From assembly GCA_963787835.1 (NCBI GenBank), contig CAWBEI010000002.1, positions 992,001 through 1,056,000 of the forward strand: a stretch of 64,000 nucleotides of DNA, in the 5' to 3' direction. This document shows, in pieces, positions 10,232 to 20,702 of this stretch. This stretch comes from Ignavibacteriota bacterium (GTDB taxonomy: Bacteria > Bacteroidota > Ignavibacteria > Palsa-1295). Position numbers and translations under genes: made by a program. The stretch's first letter is position 1. The number at the start of each line of letters is the position of its first letter. The notes beneath the pieces were generated by a model. It saw only the letters and a list, made by a program, of their open reading frames with translations. It searched no databases and was not told the DNA's origin.

Positions 10232-12382
10232 TTACCGTCCCGGATTGATGATCGTATATCCGATCTTTATCTCATCCGTAGTGGTGTAGTTCGAGGTGCT
10301 TGTGGTGGTTGGGATCATCCCGACGCGAATATCGAATGTGCCGGAGGTGCGGTTATCGACATCGACAAAATATTCCGCCAACCGAGGATCGGGCGTAGAG
10401 CCATCGCTGATCTTATCTACCACATTCACAAGAACGATGCTGGTGGTCGATGCAAATTGATTGTTGATCGTGAGCGTACCTAAATTCTGGAACACACCGG
10501 CCGTTGGCGCAACGGTTGAAAGATTCCCGCCGCCCAAGGTCAACTCGATGACACCGCTCGGGCCTTGCTGGGAATATGCGGTTCCACTGGCTGCGGGTTC
10601 AACGGTCGTTCCAACACTTGGCGTTTCGGTCGTGCGGCCCATTGTGAACTCGCCATCGTTCAATTGCAGTGCAACGTTCGTTTGGCCGGCCATAGTATTG
10701 CCATTCCCGGTTGCGAGCACACCGATGGTTCCCGTGTTACTGGAGGAAGTACTTGTCGCCGCGCCCCATACGCCGATGGCCTGGTTTGACGTTGCTCCGG
10801 TTGCGTTGCCAAACAGGGCTGCCGTCTCGTCAGTTGTACCGGTATAGAGTGAATGTAACTGGTTGGAGGAAGACGTCACGCCGATACACACATTACCGGT
10901 GGAAAGCACGCGCATTCGCTCCGTAGCATTGGTACGAATGACGAGCGGGTTCGCATCGCTGGTGCCAAGATAATTCGATGCAGGAAGCGTGCCCGTATTA
11001 CCCAGGACATTCCAATACAAGTTGGATGGCTGAGTCCAGATCGGTGGCGTGCTCGATCCCGCCGATGCAAGAACGTAGCCCGATGTGCCCGGCAAATTAT
11101 TTGGCATCAAGGCACCGGAAAATTTCAGATTTCCTGTGATATCCACTACCTCGGTCGGGCTTACGTTGCCTACGCCCATTTTCAAAGTTGTACCAGAATT
11201 ATAGAAAACCACACTGCTATCCTGCGTAACATTCGCGCCCACTCCAAACACCAAATCAAAGTTACCGGAACCGTGGTTGTTGTTGCCGCCAAGCACGACA
11301 GAATAATTTCCACACGCCGTGTTGGCGTACCCACCGGCAACGACCGAGTATAAGCCACATGCACTGTTATTTTCTCCGCCACCCACATAGGAGTAATTCG
11401 CCGGAGCAGAATTTTCATATCCGCCACTGACCGCAGAATAATTACCGCTTGCTGTATCGTACTCGCCACCGGAAACAGTGGAGGCTGTGCCGGTCGAGAG
11501 GTTGGAGGCACCCCAGGCGATCGAGTACTGGCCGGACGCCGTGTTGTGATATCCGGCAGAAAGAGAGTACGCGCCGGAAGCAATGTTCCCCTGGCCGACG
11601 CCCACCAGAGAGAATGCGCCACTGCCACGTTCCCATAGTGTATCGTTACCGCCGCCGCCGGAGGTTCCAAAGCCACGCCAGGAAAGATTGCCAAACCCAT
11701 CGGTACATAATACATAATTGGTGCCCGTACCATCGGCGAGCGGCCAGATATAGCTAACCGAAGAAGTTTGCACGCCGGTTTTGAACCCGCTATAATTGGA
11801 ACCTGAACTCGATGGCTCGAAGAATCGAAGCTCTTCGGCGGTATTGTTGGTATTCGTTAACGCCACATTCCCGGCAGCATACACGCGAACGTGTTCGAGA
11901 TTATCGGTGCGGATCACCCAATCCTCCGAATCGGTCGTGCCAATAAAATTATTGGAGGGGTTCGTGCCGGAATTTCCTGTGAGCAGCCAGCCGCCGCCTA
12001 AGAACGGTACCCATGAACTGGAATTGTAATACCAGAACGTCGCCGTAGTACCGGAATAGATCCCAGAGAGCGATGTTGCGGTGTTGGTTTCATAGACGAG
12101 TAGCCCGTTTGCAGGAGAAGAAATTCCCAGCCTCTGTGATTCGGTCATGCGTGGCACCAGCAACCCACGGGACGTGCTTGTGAGATCGAGCAAGGCACTT
12201 GCGTCCGGAGTCGTCGTGCCGATACCAACATTTCCCTGGGCATTGGCCTTAGGAGCGAAGTAACAGAAAAGAAGCAAGAAAGCGATGCACGACCACAGGC
12301 AAACGGCAAATTTTCCAATAGAGTACCGCTCGGTCTTCACGAAGGAGAGATCGTCGGCAAGGCGTAAATAATAATGTGCCAT
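10232..12382 (-). CDS. secreted fibre/adhesin-like repeat protein
   Basis: Signal peptide; NVGIGTTTP, WLLTGNSGT, NFIGTTD modules; YadA-head-like NxASGxYS repeats. Confidence 0.75.
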   Translation of the reverse strand: MAHYYLRLADDLSFVKTERYSIGKFAVCLWSCIAFLLLFCYFAPKANAQGNVGIGTTTPDASALLDLTSTSRGLLVPRMTESQRLGISSPANGLLVYETNTATSLSGIYSGTTATFWYYNSSSWVPFLGGGWLLTGNSGTNPSNNFIGTTDSEDWVIRTDNLEHVRVYAAGNVALTNTNNTAEELRFFEPSSSGSNYSGFKTGVQTSSVSYIWPLADGTGTNYVLCTDGFGNLSWRGFGTSGGGGNDTLWERGSGAFSLVGVGQGNIASGAYSLSAGYHNTASGQYSIAWGASNLSTGTASTVSGGEYDTASGNYSAVSGGYENSAPANYSYVGGGENNSACGLYSVVAGGYANTACGNYSVVLGGNNNHGSGNFDLVFGVGANVTQDSSVVFYNSGTTLKMGVGNVSPTEVVDITGNLKFSGALMPNNLPGTSGYVLASAGSSTPPIWTQPSNLYWNVLGNTGTLPASNYLGTSDANPLVIRTNATERMRVLSTGNVCIGVTSSSNQLHSLYTGTTDETAALFGNATGATSNQAIGVWGAATSTSSSNTGTIGVLATGNGNTMAGQTNVALQLNDGEFTMGRTTETPSVGTTVEPAASGTAYSQQGPSGVIELTLGGGNLSTVAPTAGVFQNLGTLTINNQFASTTSIVLVNVVDKISDGSTPDPRLAEYFVDVDNRTSGTFDIRVGMIPTTTSTSNYTTTDEIKIGYTIINPGR

Positions 12383-12387
12383 TGATG

Positions 12388-14436
12388 CTATCTTCCTGGG
12401 TTAATGACGCAATAGCCAACGCGAATATAGTCCGAACTGACATACGCATTGGTATCGGTTACAAAGGGGATCATTCCAATATGGAGCACGCACGAGCCTG
12501 TTGTACTGCTTTCAACATCTACTTTATACATGGAATTTTTAGTGTAAGGGTCACTCGAGCTATTCACCTTGGAAACCACATCCGCAACAATGATGCTATT
12601 GGCAGTGATGAATTGGTTGTTGATCGTGAGCGTCCCCAGATCCTGAAAAACTCCCGCCGTAGGCACCGTCGCACCCAGATCGCTTAAGAGCGAAAGCTGG
12701 ATCACTCCCGATGGACCCTGCTGAGAATAAAGCGTCCCACTGGCCGCACCTTCCACGACTGTTCCTTTGGAGGGTGCTTGGGTCGTGCGGCCCATCGCCA
12801 ATTCGCCTTGCGAGATCTGAACGGCGGCGTTCGTCGTCCCGGCGGTGGTATTTCCATTCCCGGTTCCTAAGGAAGAGATCGTTCCAGTATTGCTGCTGCC
12901 CGTGTTTGCGATGCCCCACACACCCACCGCTTGATTAGCAGTAGCTCCGGAAGCTTCGCCATATCCGGCAGCGGTCTCGTCCGTGGTGCTCGAAAAGATC
13001 GAGGCCACCTTGTGTGCCGGTGTCGTCGTCCCGATGCCGACCGAACCTCCGGAGGTGACACGCATGCGCTCGGTGGCATTGGTTCGAATGACGAAATCCT
13101 GCGCATCGGCTGTACCGACGTAATTTGTGGCTGGAGCGGTGCCGCTGGTTCCCGCCAACTTCCAGTTGGTACTGCTAAAGGTCGCACCACCCCAGGTGGG
13201 CGGCGAAGTAGCTCCGGCAGAAAGCAAATACTGGCCGCTGGAACCACCGGTGTTATTAGGCTTGAGCGCACCGGAAAATTTTACGTTTCCTTTTACATCC
13301 ATCGTCTGCGTGGGCGTGGTAGTGCCGATACCCATCAGAGTATGGGTACCGATCTTAAAAACGACGGATCCGGTCAGAGCATCAGTATTGCTTAAACCAT
13401 AGAGCAATTCATAATTACTATTGGCCTTGTTAGTCGAGCCTCCAAGGATGGTCGAGTTCGATCCACTGAAACTGGCGCCTCGGCCACCAAGTACTACTTC
13501 CTCATTGCCCGAAGTAACATTGGATGCTCCACCGCCGACGTAACTCGCGGTTGCCGCACCGGTGTTATCCTGACCCCCACCCGTGGCGTCAAGGTTACCG
13601 GTCGAAGAATTGGCACTGCCTCCATTGACATCACCGTAGGATCCGGAAATGCCCGAGGTGCTATCTCCAAAGACCATTTCATAATTTCCTGTCACGGTTG
13701 AATTATATCCCGCAGTGATAGAATATGGGCCAGAATCCGAACTTCCGGTGCTGTCGGAATATTCGCCGCCCGCTGCCGACCCGCGAACCCAGAGTATTTG
13801 ATTGGGGCTTCCATTGAATGTCGTAAAGGTTTGCCAACTGAGATCCCCTGAACCATCTGTTACAAGCGTCTGGTCTGGAAGGCCATCGCCGCCCAGTGGC
13901 CATATATAATGAACGGTCGTCGATTGAATCCCTGCTCTGAACGCATTATAGAGAGACCCAAGACCCGATGCTTCATAAAGAATAAGCTTTTCCGCAGAAT
14001 TATTGGTGTTCGTCAGTCCAACGCCACCACCATTATAGACACGAAGATGCTCGACGCTCTTGGTTTTCTGGACAAGATCCTCGGCATCGATCGTGCCCAG
14101 AAAATTTGTCGATGGGCTGGTGCCGCTATTGCCTGTAAGTGACCATCCACTACCGATGAGCGGCGTCCAGAACGATCCGTTGTAATAATAGTAGGTAGTG
14201 TAGGTTGTGTTATAGACCAGATCCCCTGTCGCGGGAGTTGAAACGGCAAGCATCTGCGTATTCGTCAGGCGCGGAGGGAGCAACCCGAGGCTTGTCGTCT
14301 CCAGATCGAGCAATGCGGAATTATCCGGAGTAGCCGTGCTAACGCCAACATTCTGTGCCATTGCACGCTGTGCAAGACCAAGCGCGAGGGTAATAACCGC
14401 GCTAAAGATCAAGTGAGTATGTAAGGCTCGTCTCAT
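12388..14436 (-). CDS. secreted fibre/adhesin-like repeat protein, paralog
   Basis: Same architecture and shared C-terminal domain SQQGPSGVI...INPGR. Confidence 0.75.
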   Translation of the reverse strand: MRRALHTHLIFSAVITLALGLAQRAMAQNVGVSTATPDNSALLDLETTSLGLLPPRLTNTQMLAVSTPATGDLVYNTTYTTYYYYNGSFWTPLIGSGWSLTGNSGTSPSTNFLGTIDAEDLVQKTKSVEHLRVYNGGGVGLTNTNNSAEKLILYEASGLGSLYNAFRAGIQSTTVHYIWPLGGDGLPDQTLVTDGSGDLSWQTFTTFNGSPNQILWVRGSAAGGEYSDSTGSSDSGPYSITAGYNSTVTGNYEMVFGDSTSGISGSYGDVNGGSANSSTGNLDATGGGQDNTGAATASYVGGGASNVTSGNEEVVLGGRGASFSGSNSTILGGSTNKANSNYELLYGLSNTDALTGSVVFKIGTHTLMGIGTTTPTQTMDVKGNVKFSGALKPNNTGGSSGQYLLSAGATSPPTWGGATFSSTNWKLAGTSGTAPATNYVGTADAQDFVIRTNATERMRVTSGGSVGIGTTTPAHKVASIFSSTTDETAAGYGEASGATANQAVGVWGIANTGSSNTGTISSLGTGNGNTTAGTTNAAVQISQGELAMGRTTQAPSKGTVVEGAASGTLYSQQGPSGVIQLSLLSDLGATVPTAGVFQDLGTLTINNQFITANSIIVADVVSKVNSSSDPYTKNSMYKVDVESSTTGSCVLHIGMIPFVTDTNAYVSSDYIRVGYCVINPGR

Positions 14437-16079
14437 TTTTGGATCACAAGCCCCCGCATGATTCGCTGTGAACTTGGTTGTGTCCCCGATGTAGTAGTGA
14501 GGATCATCTCGTAATTGCCGGATGGGAGGTTCGAGACATCGAACGTGAGCAGATGATCTCCGGCAGTCCAGTTCCCATCCGCAAGCGATGCCGTAAGACG
14601 GCCTGTAATATCGTAGAGGTCCAGTTGTACATGTGCGTCCGTTGGCAGATCGAACTCCACATGCGCGCTTTGGGCGGCAGGGTTCGGATAGACCGAAACA
14701 GCAAGGCTTGTTGGGATCGCGACCTCGCTAAAATCGAGCGATTGGGTTCCTACATGGGTGCGCGTACCATTATCGTCGATCTGGTAGAGATCGTAGGTGT
14801 AGGTTCCCGTAATAAGATCGCTATCGTCGATGGTTTCGTAGTTCGCGCCCCACGGGCTTTTAGCCCGGAGCGCGGTATCGGTTAAAAAGCTCCCAAGTTC
14901 GATCCACTCCTCCCCTGCCGATCGTTCTCGCTGGAGTTCGAACCCCAGCGATTCGATCTCGCTATAAGTCATCCAATCGAGCACGACATGATTCGCAACC
15001 TGATGAACGGTGAACGGCCCCATCTCGACCGGAAGTGAATTATCCGAGGTGATGGAGGCAATGGTGAAGGGGCGGTTGATCGTCGCGGTCCCATATTTCA
15101 ATGCGGTGACCGTAGCGGATTCTATCCAGCCGGAGTTATAGGTTGCTCCTGCCTGAACGGCGCTGACGCCCGCCGTAACCCATGCCGGCTGCGGACCCGG
15201 AGGATTGGGCGCTAGCGTATCCCATCGGGCAACCACGAGATTGGAGATGGTGGACATATAACTCGCGAGCGCATAATCTCCGGGTATCCAGTATAGCTTA
15301 ATGATCGCATCGGCGCCGCCGCTTACGATATTGCCGAACCAATATTGCCGGCTGCTTACCACCATCAGCGGCGATTGAAGGCTGGTGGTATTGACGTAAG
15401 AATAATCGAAATACTGCGTGAGATAGGTCGTTGCTGTGGAACTTTGCGGGATGATCGAACAGGTGTTCGCGCGTCCCGCCAGCCCAACTGGGAACCAGAA
15501 AAGATTGGTGGAGTTCATATCCTTCTCACAGGGACCCTCCACGTAACTTACGCACGAGGAGACCGGCATCCCCGAATTATTCACCCAATTCCCTTGCACG
15601 TCAAAATGCAACACATCGGTCGCGGTCGTATAGCAAATGCCATTCGTAAAATAGCAATTACTATCGACGATCTCCTGCTGGGTCAGCGTTTTCGAGCCAC
15701 CATTCGTGAATTGAAGATTGTAGAACGTGGTGACGGTCGTCCCGCCGACATTTTGATTGCTGGAGCCATCGAGATTGACCGTTCCCGTCTTTTTGACGAA
15801 CGTTCCGTTATCGGTAAAATTCCCGGCGATGTTATACAGGCCGGAACCCCCGGCGGTCGCGGCAGAAGCATTCGTAAAATCGGAGGTAATGGTTACGGTG
15901 CCGGAATCGTCAATAGAACCAGTCTGATTCTGATACGCTCCGTTCACTTGCACGTAGGAGCTGGGCTTGGTTACGATCGTCGCGCCGTTGTTATACATCA
16001 GTTGCGCGCGCGCGGGAACCGCCATCATAAGGATGGCATACACGCAAAGAAGAAAACGTGTTTGTGGTGGCACGAGCAA
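14433..16079 (-). CDS. secreted T9SS-CTD protein
   Basis: Signal peptide, beta-helix-like N-region, LPVE motif, VYPNP...YDITGR CTD. Confidence 0.8.
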   Translation of the reverse strand: MLVPPQTRFLLCVYAILMMAVPARAQLMYNNGATIVTKPSSYVQVNGAYQNQTGSIDDSGTVTITSDFTNASAATAGGSGLYNIAGNFTDNGTFVKKTGTVNLDGSSNQNVGGTTVTTFYNLQFTNGGSKTLTQQEIVDSNCYFTNGICYTTATDVLHFDVQGNWVNNSGMPVSSCVSYVEGPCEKDMNSTNLFWFPVGLAGRANTCSIIPQSSTATTYLTQYFDYSYVNTTSLQSPLMVVSSRQYWFGNIVSGGADAIIKLYWIPGDYALASYMSTISNLVVARWDTLAPNPPGPQPAWVTAGVSAVQAGATYNSGWIESATVTALKYGTATINRPFTIASITSDNSLPVEMGPFTVHQVANHVVLDWMTYSEIESLGFELQRERSAGEEWIELGSFLTDTALRAKSPWGANYETIDDSDLITGTYTYDLYQIDDNGTRTHVGTQSLDFSEVAIPTSLAVSVYPNPAAQSAHVEFDLPTDAHVQLDLYDITGRLTASLADGNWTAGDHLLTFDVSNLPSGNYEMILTTTSGTQPSSQRIMRGLVIQK

Positions 16080-16216
16080 ACTATTCCGGCTAAACTATGT
16101 GGACTAAATGCGTACTTGCAGACACCGGATCTATTGCAGCGAACCGGGGGCAACCCTCCGCTGGCAAAAACCGGCAATCTAAGCCAACCTGCGAACCTCT
16201 CAGAAGGGCGGAAAGT

Positions 16217-18199
16217 TCACTCCGAAATGAGCAGTTTTTTGGTCGTTTCGCCGGCCCCGCCTCGATAGGTAATAAAGTAATCCCCAACCGGTAAAGAAAC
16301 AGGTATCGTAAACTGATTTCCCGTGCTTCCATCGAGTAGCTGCCGTAACCACACCCGCCCGATGGCATCTGCAACAGAGACCGTCCCGCCCGGTTGCTTA
16401 TTGAACAAAAGATTAAGCGATCCTGGGGTGTACCATGTGTTTTCCAGCGTTGGTTGGGAAGATGAATCTGCGGCAGCAGCGACGGTGGATGCAAGCCACT
16501 CGCGGCTTCCATCGTCAGTGACCTCATAAAGATCATACCGGGGTGTTCCCGCCGGCGCGGAGGCATCGGCAAAATGGTAATTTGCTCCGAAAGCAGAACG
16601 CGCGCGAAGGGAATCATCACTCCAGTAGCTGGCAAGCAGAGTGGTATCCTGAGATGGCTGTGCACCGCCCTGCGTGCTTCGGTCGATCTCAAATCCCACG
16701 ATCCCATTTTCGGAACTAGTCTGCCATGTGAGGTTCACCGTGCTTCCCGACCATTGTGCCGTAAAATTTTCGATCACCACAGGCAGGGGAGTATCGGTAT
16801 AACCATCGGACAGCATCCACAAAAAGCTGCCGGAATCATTTGGCCAGCAGAGAACGGTCGTATCCCACCCGAACACATCATGTGCGGCATCATAGCTGGT
16901 AAGTCCGCTGAAGGCCCAGGTGTTGCCGCCATCCGGTGAGCGCCAAAAATGGAGAAGCAATGGGTCGGCGCCATTGAATTCATCGCAATGCATCTGCATG
17001 GACAGTTCATTCGAATTGCCCGCTTGCGGCCCCGCTCCGGTCGTGATGCGGTAATAGCGAAGCAGCGGATCGTTCGCTGTTTTTGCGAGCGGCGGGAGAT
17101 AGCCGCTCGTGCGGACTACTTTGGTGAGGCCGAGATAGGGATTCGTTCCACTCGCGATCGTTAATCCAAATCCGTAAAAACTATCGACCGGATTCATGGA
17201 ATCCAGCATTCGCGGGATCTCCGAAAACACTCTTCCTATCAAATGGCCGCCGCACGGTTTGTCTTCTTCGATCAGATCCGTCAGAATATCGAGAGAGTCG
17301 CAATGGGTATTGTCGAAAAAGCGAACGCTAAGCACGGTATTGGCTTGCACGATCACGGTTCCCAATTGGGAGGGGCCGCTCCAGTGGATGGTATCCTTCA
17401 TATCCGTGCCGCGATGCTGGGCCTCGAAGATCCAGGTATCCTGCCCGAGCGAGAGCATGCCACAGCCCGTCCGGCCAGCACCGGGGCCACCGGATGGGCC
17501 GGTGTTATCGTTGATGACATCGCCGGAGAGTGTTACGCTTTCCGGAGTATAAGAGGTTGTTGTAGCAGCGCCAAACCCGATATGCAGCGTGCCCCGAATC
17601 CCGAGCGGATTCGCGAGAAACGATGCGACCATCCCCCTAAGTGTAAGATTCCAATACGCGTGACCGATGATGTTATTCGCAAGATACGAAACATCGATCA
17701 GATCATTCCCAGTGGAATAGTATTCGAACGTGCTGGCAGAATCCAGCGCGAACAGCGGGCTGGCGCTGGAATCGAAGATGCTCGGACTGGAATACGGAAA
17801 CAATGCTGCCGTGCGAAACAGCGAACCAGAATCAAGATGCACAATCGGGCGATTACTGCCTGGGATCGCGAACCATCCGGTTCCCATATCGAGCGTACCT
17901 TGTACCGAAACAAGCGTATCGTACGCGGTTCCACCCGCCTGCAGGAACAGCGTATCCGCGCCAAGCGAGAATATGCCCTGAACGCTGACGAGAGCAAGCG
18001 CGGGTGTGGATTCATCCAGCCAAACGGAATCACCGAGGCTAATCACGACCGTATCGCCCATTTGCGGGCGGATACCGCTCACCCATACCGAAGGCGTGCT
18101 CCACGCGCCGCTTTGCGTGGTCGAGCACGTCGTGGCAGATAGCTCCTGCGGAAGAAGCAGGAGTATTACCAGCGGAACGAAATAACGAAATAAGCTCAA
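16217..18199 (-). CDS. secreted protein with G8-like N-terminus and degenerate T9SS CTD
   Basis: SGAWSTPSVW..G.RP..GDTVVI, PLPV, DAIGRV, LPVGDYFI; start placed at TTG before the signal peptide (ORF extends to 18421). Confidence 0.7.
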   Translation of the reverse strand: MSLFRYFVPLVILLLLPQELSATTCSTTQSGAWSTPSVWVSGIRPQMGDTVVISLGDSVWLDESTPALALVSVQGIFSLGADTLFLQAGGTAYDTLVSVQGTLDMGTGWFAIPGSNRPIVHLDSGSLFRTAALFPYSSPSIFDSSASPLFALDSASTFEYYSTGNDLIDVSYLANNIIGHAYWNLTLRGMVASFLANPLGIRGTLHIGFGAATTTSYTPESVTLSGDVINDNTGPSGGPGAGRTGCGMLSLGQDTWIFEAQHRGTDMKDTIHWSGPSQLGTVIVQANTVLSVRFFDNTHCDSLDILTDLIEEDKPCGGHLIGRVFSEIPRMLDSMNPVDSFYGFGLTIASGTNPYLGLTKVVRTSGYLPPLAKTANDPLLRYYRITTGAGPQAGNSNELSMQMHCDEFNGADPLLLHFWRSPDGGNTWAFSGLTSYDAAHDVFGWDTTVLCWPNDSGSFLWMLSDGYTDTPLPVVIENFTAQWSGSTVNLTWQTSSENGIVGFEIDRSTQGGAQPSQDTTLLASYWSDDSLRARSAFGANYHFADASAPAGTPRYDLYEVTDDGSREWLASTVAAAADSSSQPTLENTWYTPGSLNLLFNKQPGGTVSVADAIGRVWLRQLLDGSTGNQFTIPVSLPVGDYFITYRGGAGETTKKLLISE

Positions 18200-18317
18200 G
18201 AGTGCGGCAAACCTGAAAAGATAGGGAACATTAGTAGAACGGGGAGTAATTCCGCCACAATCCCAGGGTGTACAACCTAACATCCCCTGCCCCGAACTTT
18301 TCCGCTTTTCGCCGCTT

Positions 18318-18653
18318 TTGCAATGGCAAAATGACGGATGCCCAATATGTTCTCCCCGCTCCGAAGCATCTGCCTTCGAGCGTCTTCGGAAGGAGGTACG
18401 GAATAAAACCCTTGCACACACTGATCTCGAAAGTGGGCCGAACTATTCTTTTCAGCGAGCTGAGATCGATGAAGCGATTGAAGCGCTCCTGCGAATACTC
18501 GATATGTTTGAGGACTATCTCCAGCCTCCGGTAAAGCGTTGGCACCATTTCCCTAAGTCCAAACCTGGGTCAGATGGGAAAGACTTACTTCAAATTTTAC
18601 GTCATCGTGAAAGCTTAATAGCAGAAAATGCAAAGCTCCGTTCCGTCTCCTAG
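18318..18653 (+). pseudogene. probable HEPN (AbiU2-like) C-terminal fragment
   Basis: RNKTLAHTD resembles the HEPN Rx4-6H motif; too short for a full protein; stop codon abuts the REP element. Confidence 0.4.
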
Positions 18654-19130
18654 TCGCGGAGCGACGGAGTACTCGCAGCCCAGGGTGCAGCGAGCTTGCG
18701 AGCGGAACCCTGGGTTCGCGTTGCGTTTTAGGTTCCCAAGCCCTGAAAGGGCGTTGTAAAATCCCGGCGGCATACATCGCCCTTTCAGGGCTATGAAATT
18801 CAAAATCGTAATCCGTACCCAGGGTTCCACTTCGTTTCACCCTGGGCTGCGGGTACTTCGTGCCTACGGCACTTTTTACTGTCGTCTCTCCGGGACTCTG
18901 GCTCTTAAAAAAATCCCGCACACCTCGCGCTTACTGTCGGGCGAGGACGCGCCGACCCGTTCGGCAAGCTCAGGGCAGGCTCTGCGCGAGGGAAAATTTC
19001 GAATTTCGTGGCGTCACGGAAAAGTGTCGTATATTAGGTGGTGAGATGATAGGCACCCTGTATCAATTTTCATTGAAGAATTGAGAATTAAGAATGGGGA
19101 GGGGCTCAATTGTTCATTGAAAATGGGGTT
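18650..19130. repeat. composite repeat, right inverted copy
   Basis: Reverse complement of 5192-5625; spacer holds another palindrome CCGTTCGGCAAGCTCAGGGCAGG. Confidence 0.85.
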
Positions 19131-19467
19131 TGCGTTAATGGTCATGGAGAAATTAATGAACAATTGGCACGAAGAGAAATATTGTTCATTAAATGACAAT
19201 TCAATTGATTTTAATGGGCACAAGTTCTTGGGGAAAGGATGAAGTATGAATTATGAAATGGGAAGAACTATGAATTCGTCTCATAATGAAAGGCTAATTT
19301 GCGCTATTTTCAACGTCGTTCATGAACTCTGAAAGAACGAACACACGAAAAGCATTTCTTTGTGGCAATTGGAATTATCAAAGTTGCAACAACAAATAAT
19401 AATTTTTGGGGCACAATCCTGATAGGGAAAATGGTTTAAGCAAAGCCTTAACTCAGGGGTTGGAATT

Positions 19468-20562
19468 ATGTCGAATATCGCAACATCATCGTCGTCCGGC
19501 AACACATTATGGCTTCGCTCGAAACGCTGGGATCTCCTGTGGATCTCAGGTTCGGTGCTGCTCATGGCAAGCCCGTATGCCATGTATTATATCGCTCAAT
19601 CCCTGGGCTTCAACCAGGATACAGCGCGGAACATCGTTAACGGGATGATCGCGTTCTTCATCGGCGGTCCGCACATGTACGCCACACATCTACGGACGAC
19701 GTTCGATCCGGGGTTTCGCAAACGTCATCCTTCGATCATTATTGCGGCGATCATCATTCCGGTTGCTGTTATTATTCTGGGCGTTAATTATTTCATCCTA
19801 TTACTGACGTTCTTCTTCTTTTGGGCAAGCATCCATGTGCTGCACCAGATCGTGTTTCTCGTCGATTGCTACAATGGCCGTGTACCGAAAACATTATCGT
19901 GGCAATCGAAAGCGATCGACTATGCGGTGGTGCTAACCGGACTGTATCCAGTCGCGATGTACCGGTTCACGCACAACACGTTCAAGGTCGGGTCGAACCT
20001 GCTTTATTTTCCTGAGTTTTTGAAAGTAGATGCCGTCTGGTGGATAGCAAGCGCCATGTTTGCAGCAGCGTTAGCATTATTTATCTCCAAGACATGGCGC
20101 GAATTCCGGAACGGCGAAGGAAATGTGCCGAAGACGATCCTGATCTCGGTGACCGTCGTCGCCACATTCATCACCCCATTCTTTAACGAGCTGGATGTTG
20201 CATTTCAGGGGCTGAACACCTGGCACTCCTTCCAATATCTGGGACTAACATGGTACATTAACCGCCTGCGGTATGACCGCCATGAGCTTACGCCACAGGT
20301 CAGCGTTTTTGCAAGGCCGGGTGAGTGGTGGCGCTATTATGGCTTTACCGTAATGATGACGGTGATTGCGATCGGCCTCATCGTAACATTGATATTTACC
20401 AGTTCTTATACTGGGCTGAAATTCGATCAGTGCTATTATATCGTAGTGCTCAGCTTCCTTCTGACGCACTATTACCACGATCACATCATCTTTACCGAGC
20501 AACCGGATTTCAATGTGGGGCCAGCCAAGGCGCAAGGGCAGCAGTTCGCGCTGGATAGTTAA
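19468..20562 (+). CDS. polytopic membrane protein with His-rich motifs
   Basis: About 9-10 TM helices; GPHMYAT, HVLHQ, WHSFQY, HYYHDH. Confidence 0.8.
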   Translation: MSNIATSSSSGNTLWLRSKRWDLLWISGSVLLMASPYAMYYIAQSLGFNQDTARNIVNGMIAFFIGGPHMYATHLRTTFDPGFRKRHPSIIIAAIIIPVAVIILGVNYFILLLTFFFFWASIHVLHQIVFLVDCYNGRVPKTLSWQSKAIDYAVVLTGLYPVAMYRFTHNTFKVGSNLLYFPEFLKVDAVWWIASAMFAAALALFISKTWREFRNGEGNVPKTILISVTVVATFITPFFNELDVAFQGLNTWHSFQYLGLTWYINRLRYDRHELTPQVSVFARPGEWWRYYGFTVMMTVIAIGLIVTLIFTSSYTGLKFDQCYYIVVLSFLLTHYYHDHIIFTEQPDFNVGPAKAQGQQFALDS

Positions 20563-20702
20563 TTTACTGGATGAATGTACTCAAACCTTCTCAGGCCGTT
20601 CGGCGTTTGAGCGCCGGTTAAAATAGAGGGCGTCCTATTACGTCCTTACAACGAAACTACCCGTGTCGGGTATGCCTTTTTTTATTCGGTAAGCTCTTAT
20701 AG

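Noticed and set aside
10232-14436. Prophage tail genes
   Set aside because: Both have signal peptides, and no capsid, terminase or integrase genes are nearby.
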